Assembly (NCBI GenBank): GCA_024137785.1
Contig: JAHRHZ010000021.1
Coordinates: 42,520,305 to 42,583,244 of the forward strand
DNA length: 62,940 bases
Direction of reading: 5' to 3'
Origin: Ginglymostoma cirratum
Lineage: Eukaryota
Numbering within the stretch: the first letter of the stretch is position 1; the number at the start of each line of letters is the position of its first letter. Below, in pieces: positions 36,943 through 48,494 of this stretch. The position numbers were made by a program, and so were the translations under genes. The notes under the pieces are model-generated. The model was not told the origin of the DNA. It searched no databases and was given only the letters and a program-made list of their open reading frames with translations.

Positions 36943-38289
36943 GTAAGCAAGAATCTTAGTCTACACTCTTTCACCCAATTGCTTGGAATGCCCATGCTGC
37001 TGCGCTCTTTAGAAATAGACTTAAAATAACTCCACAGACCTCTGAAATCAGTGCAATCCTGACTGAGGAGAATTAATCTTCTTTCTTCACGAACTCTGAA
37101 GTCAGTGTTTATTTCAAATATTTTTGCTATAATTGAAAAGATTTGTTTGATGCTAACGCACAGATATCCAAATATCTGGGTTGTGCTGAGATTCACAAAG
37201 AGCTTTAGATGTGACATGCCAGTTGAATGTTGTATTTTCTTAATGGTGGTGGGATTCCCTCATTTCGTTGTAGCTGGTGTAATGTGCCTGTGGCATTTTT
37301 TTGTCTTTTCAAAAGCAATGAACAATATAACTGATGTCTGCTCATTGTACTCATGCTCGCAATCTCGTGTAGTGCGTGGATTATCTTTCAGACAAAACTG
37401 CTCTGTTTCTTTGCTATCTGTTTGCTCTCTGTACAGGATTTAAAGTTAGCCTTTATAGAGAAAGTATCAGTCGGTTTCTTATTTCAGAAAACCATTCATT
37501 CAAAATACTACAGCAAATGTAATTAATGTGTTTTATGCTTCCAAAAAGATTTAGGGCTCAGTGTGAAATATTTGTCCTGTATGCGTTTTTCCAACCACTA
37601 CCCATTGACATCCCAAAGAATGCTTATTTCCCAAATTGTACTATCACCCAGTTCTTCCTGTGCCTTAGCGCATCTGCTACTGAAACCCTCGGCTATCCAT
37701 TAATTAATTCATAAAGAATTAAGAGCAGGATTAGAAGACGGAGACTTCTGAAGCCTGTTCCACTATTTAACAAGATCATGGCTGATCCGATTGTGGCCTT
37801 AACTCACAGAAACACAGAATTGTTACAATGCAGAAGGTCATTCAGCCCACTGTGTCTGCACCAGCTAACTTTATCAACATTAAACGATAATCTAAGGATG
37901 AAACATAATTATATTTTATTTTACATGGCATTTCAGACTCTTCCTTGTTCCCTGACTGATTTAAGCTTTTCTGGGAAAAATATAAATTCAAAATATGAAC
38001 ACATGAAATAACTTCAATTACCAGCCTGAGCCCCAACCCCTCCACCCTGCTATCCAGCACCACTTACCCTCCCAATAACTCTTCAGTCCCTTGTTGATCC
38101 ATAATCTGTCTGACTCTGCTTGAGCATATTTAATGACTCAGCCTCCACTGGTCTTGGTGAATTTCTGGGAGAAAAAAAATCCCTCCACATCACTGTCTTA
38201 ATTCGGAGAATCTTTATTTTCAAATTCAACACTTGACTTGACTCTTCCAACACATTCCTTCCTTGCCTCCCATTTTCTACCCTTTATTA

Positions 38290-38740
38290 ACCTGAGGTGA
38301 TCCAAACCTCTGCTGTCTATGTTCTAACTCACTCCCAGTTCCATTCATCCAGTTAAGCAATGCCTCTTTAATCAAGCAATTCTCATGCTTGTTTTCAAAT
38401 CCCACCAGAGTCTTGCCCCTGCATAATCTGTAAATCCCTCCAGCCCTGCAATGCTCATAAATTGGTGAATTTTTAATTCTTAATCCTAAATACCCAATTT
38501 TTATAACACTACCATTGATCATTGAGCCGTCAGCTGCTTAGGCAGAACTCTTGAAATACCCTCATGTTTCTGCCTTTTTCTTATTCATTTTTTGAGATGT
38601 TCCTTAAAATCTACTGCTTTAGCCAAACTTTAAGTTATTTGACCATACATAACCATATTTGGAATTAAGGTTGCATCATAATGCTCCTGCAAAACACCTT
38701 GGGGGCATTTACTGTGCTATATAAAAAGAGGTTGCTGTAT
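38290..38740 (+). mobile_element. Old L2-type LINE 3' fragment
   Basis: attctcatgcttgttttcaaatcc..ccctccagccctgcaa..ccttaaaatctactgctttagccaa..gctatataaa, similar to the fragment at 48280-48490. Confidence 0.55.
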
Positions 38741-38953
38741 TAACGTACAAGGTACAGAGACCAGTTGTGAGCACTTTTAGTTGAAAATATAACTCGATAA
38801 TACTAAGATTTAAAATGCCAAGAGGGACTAAGGAGAACCAAGCCAAACCATGATTACAGTAGCTCCATAGAATACCATTTCCCTTTTCTTCTGATCCCAA
38901 AAAACTGTAATAAATGCAGACTTCTTTTTAAAATCAAACTCAGTATTGTTGTA

Positions 38954-39198
38954 CAAAAACAAAGTTGCTGGAAAAGCTCAGCAGGTCTGGCAGCATCTGT
39001 GACAAAGAGATCAGAGTTAACGTTTCGGGTCTGGCAACCTCTCCTCAGAACTATTCCTCAGTTCTGAGGAAGGGTCACCGGACCCAAAACATTAACTCTG
39101 ATCTTTTCGTCACAGATGCTGCCGGACCTGCTGAGCTTTTCCAGCAACTTCTGTTTTTGTTCCTGAGTTACAGCATCCGCAGTTCTTTTAGTTTTCAT
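38954..39198. mobile_element. Family-2 PLE-type palindrome with two hammerhead motifs back to back (minus 39015-39052, plus 39060-39097) and 14-bp TSD
   Basis: TSD tcagtattgttgta at 38940-38953 and 39199-39212. Minus motif agtt-CTGAGGA..ccc-GAAACGTT-aact. The plus motif has GAAA>AAAA. Confidence 0.85.
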
Positions 39199-40043
39199 TC
39201 AGTATTGTTGTAAATTGGAACTATTATATTAACTAATTTATATAGTTAGGAGTGACCAACATTTTCTCCTTGCTCTAAATCTGACGAATATTATTTGCAG
39301 AATTTGGAAAAGAATTATCTTTTAATGCTTCCCAAATGTATTATGAGTGAAAATGTGCAGTTAGCTCATCCACACCCATCAGAATAGTGCTAAATTAATT
39401 ATGGACCAGTATTGTTCAAGAACCTCTCACCACTGTACCTTAATATTTATCCAAGTGCTGGAAATAATTTAGAGAAAACCAGCTGCTTCAAGTTCCAGTG
39501 TGAATCTATTTCAGCCAGAATACTTAAATTTGATAGGTAGGATTGCAAATGAAATGTTTCAATCCCAAATAACACTGCAACATGGAATATTGCAAAAATC
39601 TGGAGCAGGAAATGTTTGACACTATTTTAAGTAACTAAAAACCTAACTTGATTGATTATTTCTCTGAAACATTATTAATTAAGTGGGAAGTCTAATTATG
39701 GCTGAAATAATAAATGATATGCACTCATCAAAATCAAATTCTTTAAGTGAAATCAAAATACTGCAGATTCTGGAAAACTGAAATAAAGAAAACAAAATCT
39801 CATACTGAGACTAAGAGTTAATGCTTATGACTCTATTATCATAATTCCTTTGCATTACGAAGAAGAATTATAGTGGACTTGAAGCGTTAACTCTGTTTCT
39901 CTGTCAATGGGTGCCGCCAGACCTACAGAGTTTCTCAGGTATAAGAGATAAAAGGTACTGCAGATGCTGGAGAATCCGAGATAACAAGCATGGGGCTGGA
40001 TGAACACAGCAGGTCAAGCAGCATCATAGGAGCAGGAAAACTT

Positions 40044-40071
40044 GACGTTTCGGGCCTAAACCCTTCATCAG
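40044..40071 (-). ncRNA. Minimal hammerhead ribozyme motif
   Basis: Minus strand CTGATGA-agggtttaggccc-GAAAC-GTC-aagt. Confidence 0.72.
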
Positions 40072-40698
40072 AAATGGGGGAGGGGAAGAGGGTTCTGAAA
40101 TAAATAGGGAGAGGGGGGAGGAGGATAGAGGATGGATAGAGGAGAGGATAGGTGGAGAGGAGGCAGACAAGTCGAAGAGGCGGGGATGGAGCCAGTAAAG
40201 GTGAGTGTAGGTAGCGGGGTAGGGAGGAGATAGGTCAGTCCAGGGAGGATGGACAGGTCAAGGGGGTGGGATGATGTTAGTAGATAGGAGATGGGGGTGG
40301 GGCTTGAGGTGGGAGGAGGGGATAGGTAGGAAGAAGGACAGGCTAGGGAGGCAGAGATGAGCTGGGCTGGTTTTGGGATGCGGTTGGGGGAGGGGAGATT
40401 TTGAAGCTTGCAAAACCAGCCCAGCTCATCTCCACCTCCCTAACCTGTTTTTCCTCTCACCCCAAGCCACACCCCCATCTCCTATCTACTAACATCATCC
40501 CGCCCCCTTGACCTGTCCGTCCTCCCTGGACTGACCTATCTCCTCCCTACCCCCCTACCTACACTCACCTTTACTGGCTCCATCCCCGCCTCTTCGACTT
40601 GTCTGCCTCCTCTCCACCTATCCTCTCCTCTATCCATCCTCTATCCGCCTCCCCCTCTCTCCCTATTTATTTCAGAACCCTCTTCCCCTCTCCCATTT

Positions 40699-40726
40699 CT
40701 GATGAAGGGTTAAGGCCCGAAACGTC
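40699..40726 (+). ncRNA. Minimal hammerhead ribozyme motif, sense to the pre-mRNA
   Basis: attt-CTGATGA-agggttaaggccc-GAAAC-GTC-aagt: intact core, 4-bp stem I with one G-U pair. Confidence 0.72.
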
Positions 40727-43700
40727 AAGTTTTCCTGCTCCTATGATGCTGCTTGACCTGTTGAGTTTCTCAGGTGCCTTCTGCTCTCATTTCAATTTCT
40801 GTATGCTTTGCCCCTTCCTCCTATCCATCACTTGAGCCCAGAGGAATGAGCCTATATATATATGACAAACAATTAACAAAGTTTTTAATTCTATTCTTGC
40901 AATATTGATTTTGTTTGGTTCACTTTATGTAATTAATTATCATAGCAATCAATAATGCATAGGAAATATAATTTACAGTTCAATTGCTTGTTATATTTTA
41001 GTTCTTTGCCCTTTCTTCTGATCAACTAGGTAATAAACCTGCAAATATACAGCTGAGGGTTTGTGACTTGTGCATTGAATGATATGCTTCATTTCATTTA
41101 TTGATTCTCACTCAGCCTTAGGATTTTCCCTTCTCTACTTCATTTGGCATCAGTTTATTTTGGAAGATTGACAATCAGATATGCTACTTGCCTTTGCATT
41201 GATTCTCGTTCAGTAATGATGCATTTTTCAGCTTCACCAGTTAACCTCATTGCATTTGGAAACTTACAAGTCATGTTATAGAGAAAATATTTTAAAATTA
41301 ACACAAATCCCCATTCTAAATCAAATCAGTTGTAAATATTTGCTTTTATAACCTAATGTAACAGATACCTTATATGTACATGAGAACCATTTGTTAAATG
41401 CCTGAATGATTCCTTTTAAAGTAACCTCTTGAAAGAAGGAGGAAAATACAAATTGAGCTGGATATTTGACCCAAATAGTGCAAAATAGCTCAGCATAAAG
41501 GACCAGAATCCATGTCAGGAATGTTACTGCAGAAAGATCCTGCGATCGACTCCTTGATTGATTTTTCACACTCTTTCTGTGGAAATAGGCAGATTACTAG
41601 CCATAAGGGCTATCATTCATTTGGAACCAAACCCACGAATGATATTTTTCTTTTTACTCACATCCAATTTTTTCTAATGAAACTTACAGAAATTCTCTAA
41701 GATTGATTTTGGCTGCATCATTTCATCTTTTGTTTAAATTTCAGCATATGCTGGATCTTTGATTCTACTACTCTTTTACTCTATGCATTTAACATTATCC
41801 ACATTTTCACTCCTTGAATGTGTGCTTATCCAAAAATATAGGCAGATTTGTGTTTTAATTTGAATGTCAGAAATCAGCTTTATATATTTAATGAAATACA
41901 GAATAACAAATGAGCACACAACTTCTGATAGAATTAATAAGTTCTACCAAATTCTTTAAGTAGGTGACTGAATGACTCAAAGTTGTTCATTCCAGATGCA
42001 CACAAGCTTCTGTTACAGCCTCTCAGCTCTCCTTTAGTTTTGAGTTTTCTGTTATTTAGGGCTATCCTTCTTTATTAAAAAGAAATTATGCCGAATATTC
42101 TCTATATTGTCTGTGTTTTGGTAATGCAGTGTTTACTTGTACATTCAATTCAAACTTATGACAGGATGTAGTCAAGATTGGCTGTCCAGCAGTAGTGAAA
42201 AACATACTTAGTTTGATCAGTGATTATCTTCCTTAAAATGTTTGTTCCATTTTGCATAATAATTGTGAAGCAAAATTTGCATTTTTCAATAATTGGTTGT
42301 ATGTTTGCTTCTAATATATTTTATACTTTTATTCATCAACTTGGCTTAGAGCTCCCAAACTTGGAAGCAGATTTGAGGGTTGGTCTAGGTTATACTTAGA
42401 CTTGATGTATGTGACAATTTGGTAGATCCATGACAGCTTTGTTTCATCGATAACATTTAAGCAGTTCCTGATGAGTGTGTCAGATAGAAGGCACAGGGCT
42501 TACATGCCTAGAACTTAAAACAAACTTGTACTTTGTGTGCTGAATCATATATAAAGGTCTGCCTCTCATTGCTGAAAGCAGAAATTCATCAGATCTCTGG
42601 TGTATAAACACTTAAGCTTCTTATGACTACTCTTGGTGACATAAGTTCTGGAATCAGACTTCTAGTTGGATTTCTATATCCAAGGTTCAATTTCCATGTT
42701 GCAGAAGGACAAAGACCTTATGTTGATCACTCTGCCTCCAATTGATGGAACATTATTTGAATGAGTCAACATGTGTATCTGTGCTCTAATCTGGAAAACC
42801 TTGCAATGATCTCACGTACTTCAGTGAGTGGTACAGCTCACCACCCATTCAGGAGATCTGTTTGATCCTGCAATAATCCTGAAAAGATCAAATGTAAAAG
42901 TGTCAGTTCTCTGATTGACTAGTGATGATCATCCTTGGGAGAAGGAATTTCTTTGGTATTGAGTTGGTTTCAAGATGATATGAGTTGGCATTGGGAAGGG
43001 TGGAATCCAGTTCGTCCCCTTTGTAGACTCTACTGATGCAATATCTGAGCCAGGACAGTGTGCTCTAATCCTGGGCTAATTATTGACTGCCCAACTTGGC
43101 TCAGAGATAGGAGCCAAGAAAGCCATAGGATGCAGTATGGTTCATCAGTCCCTGGAGGTTAAGTTCTTCATACTCAATTGTTAAAAAAAAGTGCCAGGGA
43201 TCTACAGTGAAATAGCCAATTTTTTTTTACATTCTTTGGGCCTACAGGTCAAATTTCATTTGTACCTCAGTCTAACTTTGAGAGGTTGGGTATATTGAGT
43301 ATGTCTCTACAAGAAGAACCCAGGCTTTTTTTTTTAATATGCCAGTTGAGATGCTACTTATGTAGATGTAGTTTGTATTGAGAACTCGAACTCCAAAGCA
43401 TGGTGGTGGGCTAGTGTTCAATTGTTCTGTGTTTGATTATGAGAGTTCGTTCACAATGGAAGTTCACTGTGCTTGACTTGTTAAGCCTTGGTGTGAACTC
43501 AGAGAAAGATAATCAAAGCCAGAAGTTAGTTACTAGATGAATGCCAGTGCATATTTTTTTAGAAAAGTAAATTATCCTCTTGCTACAGACAACCTAGTGC
43601 ATTATGCCTGCATAGCTCCATAATGTGAAACGTACAACAAATGACCTGTATGTTCCAGGAAGGAAAATGGTTAATAGAATCAATGCAATAGAATTGGAGT

Positions 43701-44464
43701 CAGTAGCAAAATAAATTATGGATCTCCAGAATGTTTAACAGCTTGACACTTTATTGAAATTGTTCACGCCACACAGGGAAATATTAAAGTCAAAAAAATT
43801 ATTTTTTGCCGTTAGAATTACATGGTACTTCTAATGAGTATCTCATATTAGCAGCTGCTGAACCACATTATATCAGTGTATATTTCAGTAAAAAGTATAT
43901 TGTTTGGGTAATCAAAGCTATGTTTTAATTGAATTGAATTGAATTGTGAAAAATGCCTGATAAGCTACTGAGAATGTTTTGCAATTGGATAATACTTCAC
44001 AAAATAGTGTCATTGAACTACAGGGAAATTGGGAATCTCATCACCATTTCTTTTCAGCATTGCACTGGGAAATCAAAGGTAAGATGATCCGGTCTTTTTT
44101 TTAAAAAAGAAATTGAGTTTTATGCTATTTCCTGTAGTCATTTTTAAAGACCAAAATAAAGAAAATCCTTTACAAAGATACCTATTTTCAGTGGAATAAA
44201 TGTGTAATGAAATTTGTACATTATAGCACTTGATTTTGATTTGAATGTTTGTAAACAATAGACATTGTTGTTTGCATTGTAAAAGGTGTAAAAGGTGTAA
44301 AAGGCATTCATTTTCAGAGGGCTGTGTGTAGTTGGTTTAATTTTGGCAAAAGTGAGTACTGTGAAGGAAATTTTCTTGAAAATAAGTGAAACCAATTCAT
44401 TGCATATCCTTTCAGAATCCAAAAGTATACTCTTCGTGCCTGGGTGAATCTATTTAACTGTGGT

Positions 44465-44561
44465 AGAGAGGGAAGAAGGGTCCAGACCTGAAACGTCAGC
44501 TTTCCTGCTCCTCTGATGCTACTTGGCTTGCTGTGATCATCCAGCTCTACACCTTGTTATC
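44465..44561 (+). mobile_element. Short PLE 3' end starting inside the hammerhead core; 16-bp TSD with one mismatch
   Basis: gaagaagggtccagacctGAAACGTCagctttcc..ccttgttatc. TSD tctatttaa(c/t)tgtggt at 44449-44464 and 44562-44577. Confidence 0.82.
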
Positions 44562-44891
44562 TCTATTTAATTGTGGTGTTTTTATTATGACAGGAACTAT
44601 TTTGAAGATAGAATTTATACAAAAATTGCCTTTAGACAAAGAATGTTGAAAATGGAAGGTGAAAATTCAGTGATTTGCCAGACACACTCATCCTACACAA
44701 AAACTGTGGTTTTAAAAATGTATTGTTTTACTTAAAGGAAAATCTATTCCTGCATGATGCCAATAGGGCCCTCAACAATCTTTGGTTACAGAGGTGAAAA
44801 ACTCAGCAAAGGTTCCATCCACAGCAGATTGCTACACATATAGATATGTGAGCATACAAATTAGAAGCAGAAACAGGCTACTCAGCCCCTT

Positions 44892-44974
44892 TTTTCTGAA
44901 GAAATGTCTAGGCCTGAAAAGTCAGCCTTCCTGCTCCTCGGCCTGCTGTGTTCATCCAGCTCTACACCTTGTTA
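44892..44974 (+). mobile_element. Short PLE 3' end starting just before the hammerhead core, inserted in a minus-strand CR1 3' end; 12-bp TSD
   Basis: tttCTGAAGAaatgtctaggcctGAAAaGTC. TSD actcagcccctt at 44880-44891 and 44975-44986. Confidence 0.8.
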
Positions 44975-45317
44975 ACTCAGCCCCTTGAGCCAGCTCTGCT
45001 ATATAATAAGCTCATGACTGAGCTTTTTCTCATCTGATTGCAACTTTAGATCCACATTCCCTCCTGCCCCTGATAAATTTTCACCCTTTTCCTTACCCAG
45101 GCAGTACCTGCCACTGCCTCATGAATATTAGAAGACTCTTTAAGGAAACCATCTTTAAGGAAAAGAACTCCAAAGATTCATGACTCTCTGAGACAAAAGA
45201 TAGACCTTGTACAAAATTCCTCAATCCTTTCAAATAAATCACAAAAATTAACATTTTTGTAATGTGTACAATTCATTTGTTACCATATTGAATTAAAAAG
45301 GTCGCAGTGGAAAAATA

Positions 45318-46770
45318 GAGATACCAAGGTGTAGAGCTGGATGAACACTGCAGGCCAGGCAGCACCAGAGGAGCAGGAAAGCAGATGTTTCGGGCCTAGA
45401 CCCTTCTTCAGAAATGGGGGAGGGGAAGGCGATTCTGAAATAAATAGGGAGAGAGGGGGAGGTGGATAGAAAATGGATAAAGGAGAAGATAGGTGGAGAG
45501 GAGACAGATAGGTCAAAGAGGTGGGGGTGGAGCCAGTAAAGGTGAATGTAGGTGAGGAGTTAGGGAGGGGATAGGTCAGTCCAGGGAGGACGGACAGGTC
45601 AAGGAGGCGGGATGAGACTAGTAGGTAGAAGATGGTGGTGGGGCCTGAGGTAGGAGGAGGGGATAGGTGGGAGTAAGGACAGGTTAGGGAGGCGGGGACA
45701 AGCTGGGCTGGTTTTGGGATGCGGTTGGGGGAGGGGAGATTTTGAAGCTTGTGAAGTCCACATTGAGAACATTGGGCTGCAGGGTTCCCAAGTGAAATAC
45801 GAGGTGCTGTTCCTGTAACCTTCGGATGGCATCATTGTGGCACTGCAGGAGGCCCATGATGGACATGTCGGATACAGTATACCACATTAGCAGATATGTA
45901 GGAGAACATCTGCTTGATGTGGAAAGTCTTCTTGGGGCCTGGGATGGGGGTGAGGTGGGAGGTGGGAAGTGTAGGGGCAGGTGTAGCGCTTCCTGAGGTT
46001 GCAGGGAAAAGTGCTGGGTGTGGTGGGGCTGGAGGGGAGTTTGAAGTGGACAAGGGAGTCATGGAGAGAGTGGTCCCCCTGGAAAGCAGTTAAGGGTGGG
46101 GAAGGAAAAATGTCTTTGGTGGTGGGGTTGGATTGCAGGTGGCGGAAGTATCGGAGGATGATGCGTTGGACCCAGAGGTTGGTTGGGTGGTACGTGAGGA
46201 CGAGGGGGATTCTGTTTTGGTTGTTATTGCGGGGAGGGGGTGTGAGGGATGAGTTGCAGGAAATGCGGGAGACACGGTCGAAGGCGTTCTGGACCACTGA
46301 GGGGGGGAAGTTGCAGTCCTTGAAAAGCGAGGTCATCTGAGTTGTTCGGGAGTGGAATGCATCATTCTGGGAGCAGGTGCAGCGGAGGCGAAGGAATTGG
46401 GAATAGGGGATGGCATTTTTTGCAGGAATCTGGGTGGGAGGAGGTATATTCTAGGTAGCTGTGGGAGTCGGTGGGCTTGAAATGGATATCGGTTTCCAGG
46501 TGGTTGCCAGAGATGGAAACAGGTAGGCCCAGGAAGGGGAGAGACGTGTCAGAGATGGTCCAGGTGAACTTAAGATTGGGGTGGAAAGTGAAGTGGATGA
46601 ACTGTTCGAGCTCCTCGTGGGAGCACGAGGCGGTGCCAATACAGTCCTCGATGTAACGGAGGAAGAGGTGGGGTTTAGGGCCAGTGTAGCTCCGGAATAG
46701 GGATTGTTCCACGTACCCTACAAAAAGGCAAGCATAGCTTGGGCCCATGCGGGTACCCATGGCCACCCCC
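45318..46770 (-). mobile_element. 5'-truncated Penelope-like retroelement (probably Neptune type): RT C-terminal half, Cys-rich linker, GIY-YIG endonuclease with internal deletion, 3' region with hammerhead at 45384-45411
   Basis: GVAMGTRMGPSYACLF..FLRYIEDC..LKFT..LPFL..FKPTDSHSYL..SSHP (RT; YIDD>YIED); PLVLTYHP..FPCNLRKRYTCPY; SANVVYCIR; GLLQCHND..EQHLVFHLGTLQPN. Confidence 0.92.
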
Positions 46771-47324
46771 AAGTTCATGATGGCAATTATCGACAAACTT
46801 AAAATGAAGATTGCTCTTTTGTACATCATAGCTGGGCCCACTCATAGGCCTTGGTGCAACTCCTGGCCCCCATCCTGTCCTGAACATAGTGGGTTCCCTA
46901 GAGCCCTGGGCTGTGGTTATTGGGCCCCGATGTAACCCCCTACCCACAGCCCTGCACTATAGTGCATAATGAGGAGAAGTTTCACTTGTACAGCGTTGAC
47001 TTGTGAAAAATGGGGTTAATAGAAAGGGAATTTAATACACAAAAAGGCTACTAGTCGTTGACCACCAGTGCCTATCTGACTTAGGCTTTGATCAAACCAT
47101 AAACCTTTCTGAAAGAGGCAAAAACCTTACTGGAATATTCAAGTTGCAGTGTAATGCAATATTTAGGACCCTAATGAGGTTTTCAGCTAAACAATACTTC
47201 CAGATTTTACAGGGATCTTCTCATTTATGCTAGCTCCTCAGTGTTTTAACTCCCACTGCTCTTTTAAATCTTGAACATCTGATTTATAGTTTGAATCCAC
47301 ACAGATGTTGATAGAATCATTATG

Positions 47325-48494
47325 GTGTCCCAAGGATCTATCATTCGTCTCCTCCTATACTATTTCATATTTACATGCCTTCCCTCAGTCACATCTATGA
47401 ATTATACAATAATTATTTCCACGTATATGCTGACAACTCTCTGCTCTACTTCACCACCACATCTCCATTGCCTCTGAATTGTCAGGGTGGTTTATCCCAT
47501 CAATACTGTTTATGTTCTGGATATGTAACAAATTCTTCCAACTAAATATTGGGAAGATCAAAGTCATTGTGTTATGTTACCTGCCAGAAGAAAATTCTCC
47601 TTCCTAACCATAGACTCCATCCTTCTACCTGGAAGCTGTTTGCTTCTAAACCAAACTCTTTGCAGCTTTTGTGCCATCTTTGATGCCAATCGGGTCTTCT
47701 GACCACATAGCACCATCACCTAAGACCTTCTATTCCTACCTCTGCAACGTTGCCTGACTGTACCCCATCTCAGCTCTTCTGCTTTATCTTCATCTTTACT
47801 ACCTCTAGGTATTGCAATGTCCTATACTCCATAAACGTGAAGTCAATAAAAATGTTGTCAACTATGTCCCAAATCTTCCTCCATGCCTGATTTTTGTTTT
47901 CATACTCATTCATGGGAGGTGGGTGTCACCAGCTAGGCCAGCATTAATTGCCTATCCCCACTTGCCAGGAGGGCAGTTAAGAGTCTGTGGTGTCTGGAGT
48001 CGCATGTAGCCCAGACCAGGTAAAAATGACAAATTTCCATCCCTGAAGAATATTAGTGAACCAGGTGGGTTTTCTTCCGATAATCGACAGTGGTCATCAT
48101 GAGACTCTTATTTCCAAATTACTATTGAATTTGAATCCCACCATCTGCCATGAAGGTATTTGAACCCAGGTACCCAGAACATTACCTGGGCCTCTGGATT
48201 AATTGTCTAGCAACAATCCCAATCATCACTTCCATGCTCAATGTCGTTCATTTTCACCTAGTGTGGTATTGACTGGGATTTTAAGATTCTCCCACTTGTT
48301 CTCAAATCTCTGCAGGGTCTCATCCTTCCTTATTGATTGATCACCTCCAGCAACACAATCCTCCAAGATATCTGTACTCCTCCAATTCTGGCTTCATGAC
48401 AATCCTTGGTTTTAATGACCGACTGCCATTTCAGACTGTTGCTTTGGTTTTCTAAGTCCTAAATGCCTCCCTGAACCTGTCCTCCTCTGGACCT
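47325..48494 (+). mobile_element. Old L2-clade LINE RT fragment, interrupted by later insertions; resumes at about 49476-49560
   Basis: ggtgtcccaaggatctatc (GVPQGSI-like), ttccacgtatatgctgacaac (FHVYADN), ttccaactaaatattgggaagatcaaa (FQLNIGKIK). Confidence 0.75.
47890..48215 (-). mobile_element. Second tRNA-derived SINE family copy
   Basis: Aligns by eye with 15709-16035 (ccagaccaggtaa..attagtgaacca..ccaccatctgcc..gaaccca..ccagaacattacctg). Confidence 0.78.

Larger units (their letters stand above)
39941..40762. mobile_element. PLE 3'-end palindrome (minus arm to 40410, plus arm from 40411), 13-bp TSD, nested in an older family-2 element
   Basis: TSD gagtttctcaggt at 39928-39940 and 40763-40775. 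The arms are nearly identical. Older element remnants lie at about 39750-39940. Confidence 0.88.

Noticed and set aside
42350-42378. Candidate exon 11 (ttag|AGCTCCCAAACTTGGAAGCAGATTTGAGG|gttggt; ELPNLEADLR) with the correct 1/0 phase
   Set aside because: 51593-51639 has better splice signals and the expected 47-nt length. This one is likely chance, though not excluded without RNA data.
43927-44304. (AATTG)4 at 43927-43946 and (TGTAAAAGG)3 at 44278-44304
   Set aside because: These are short simple repeats with no supporting context.
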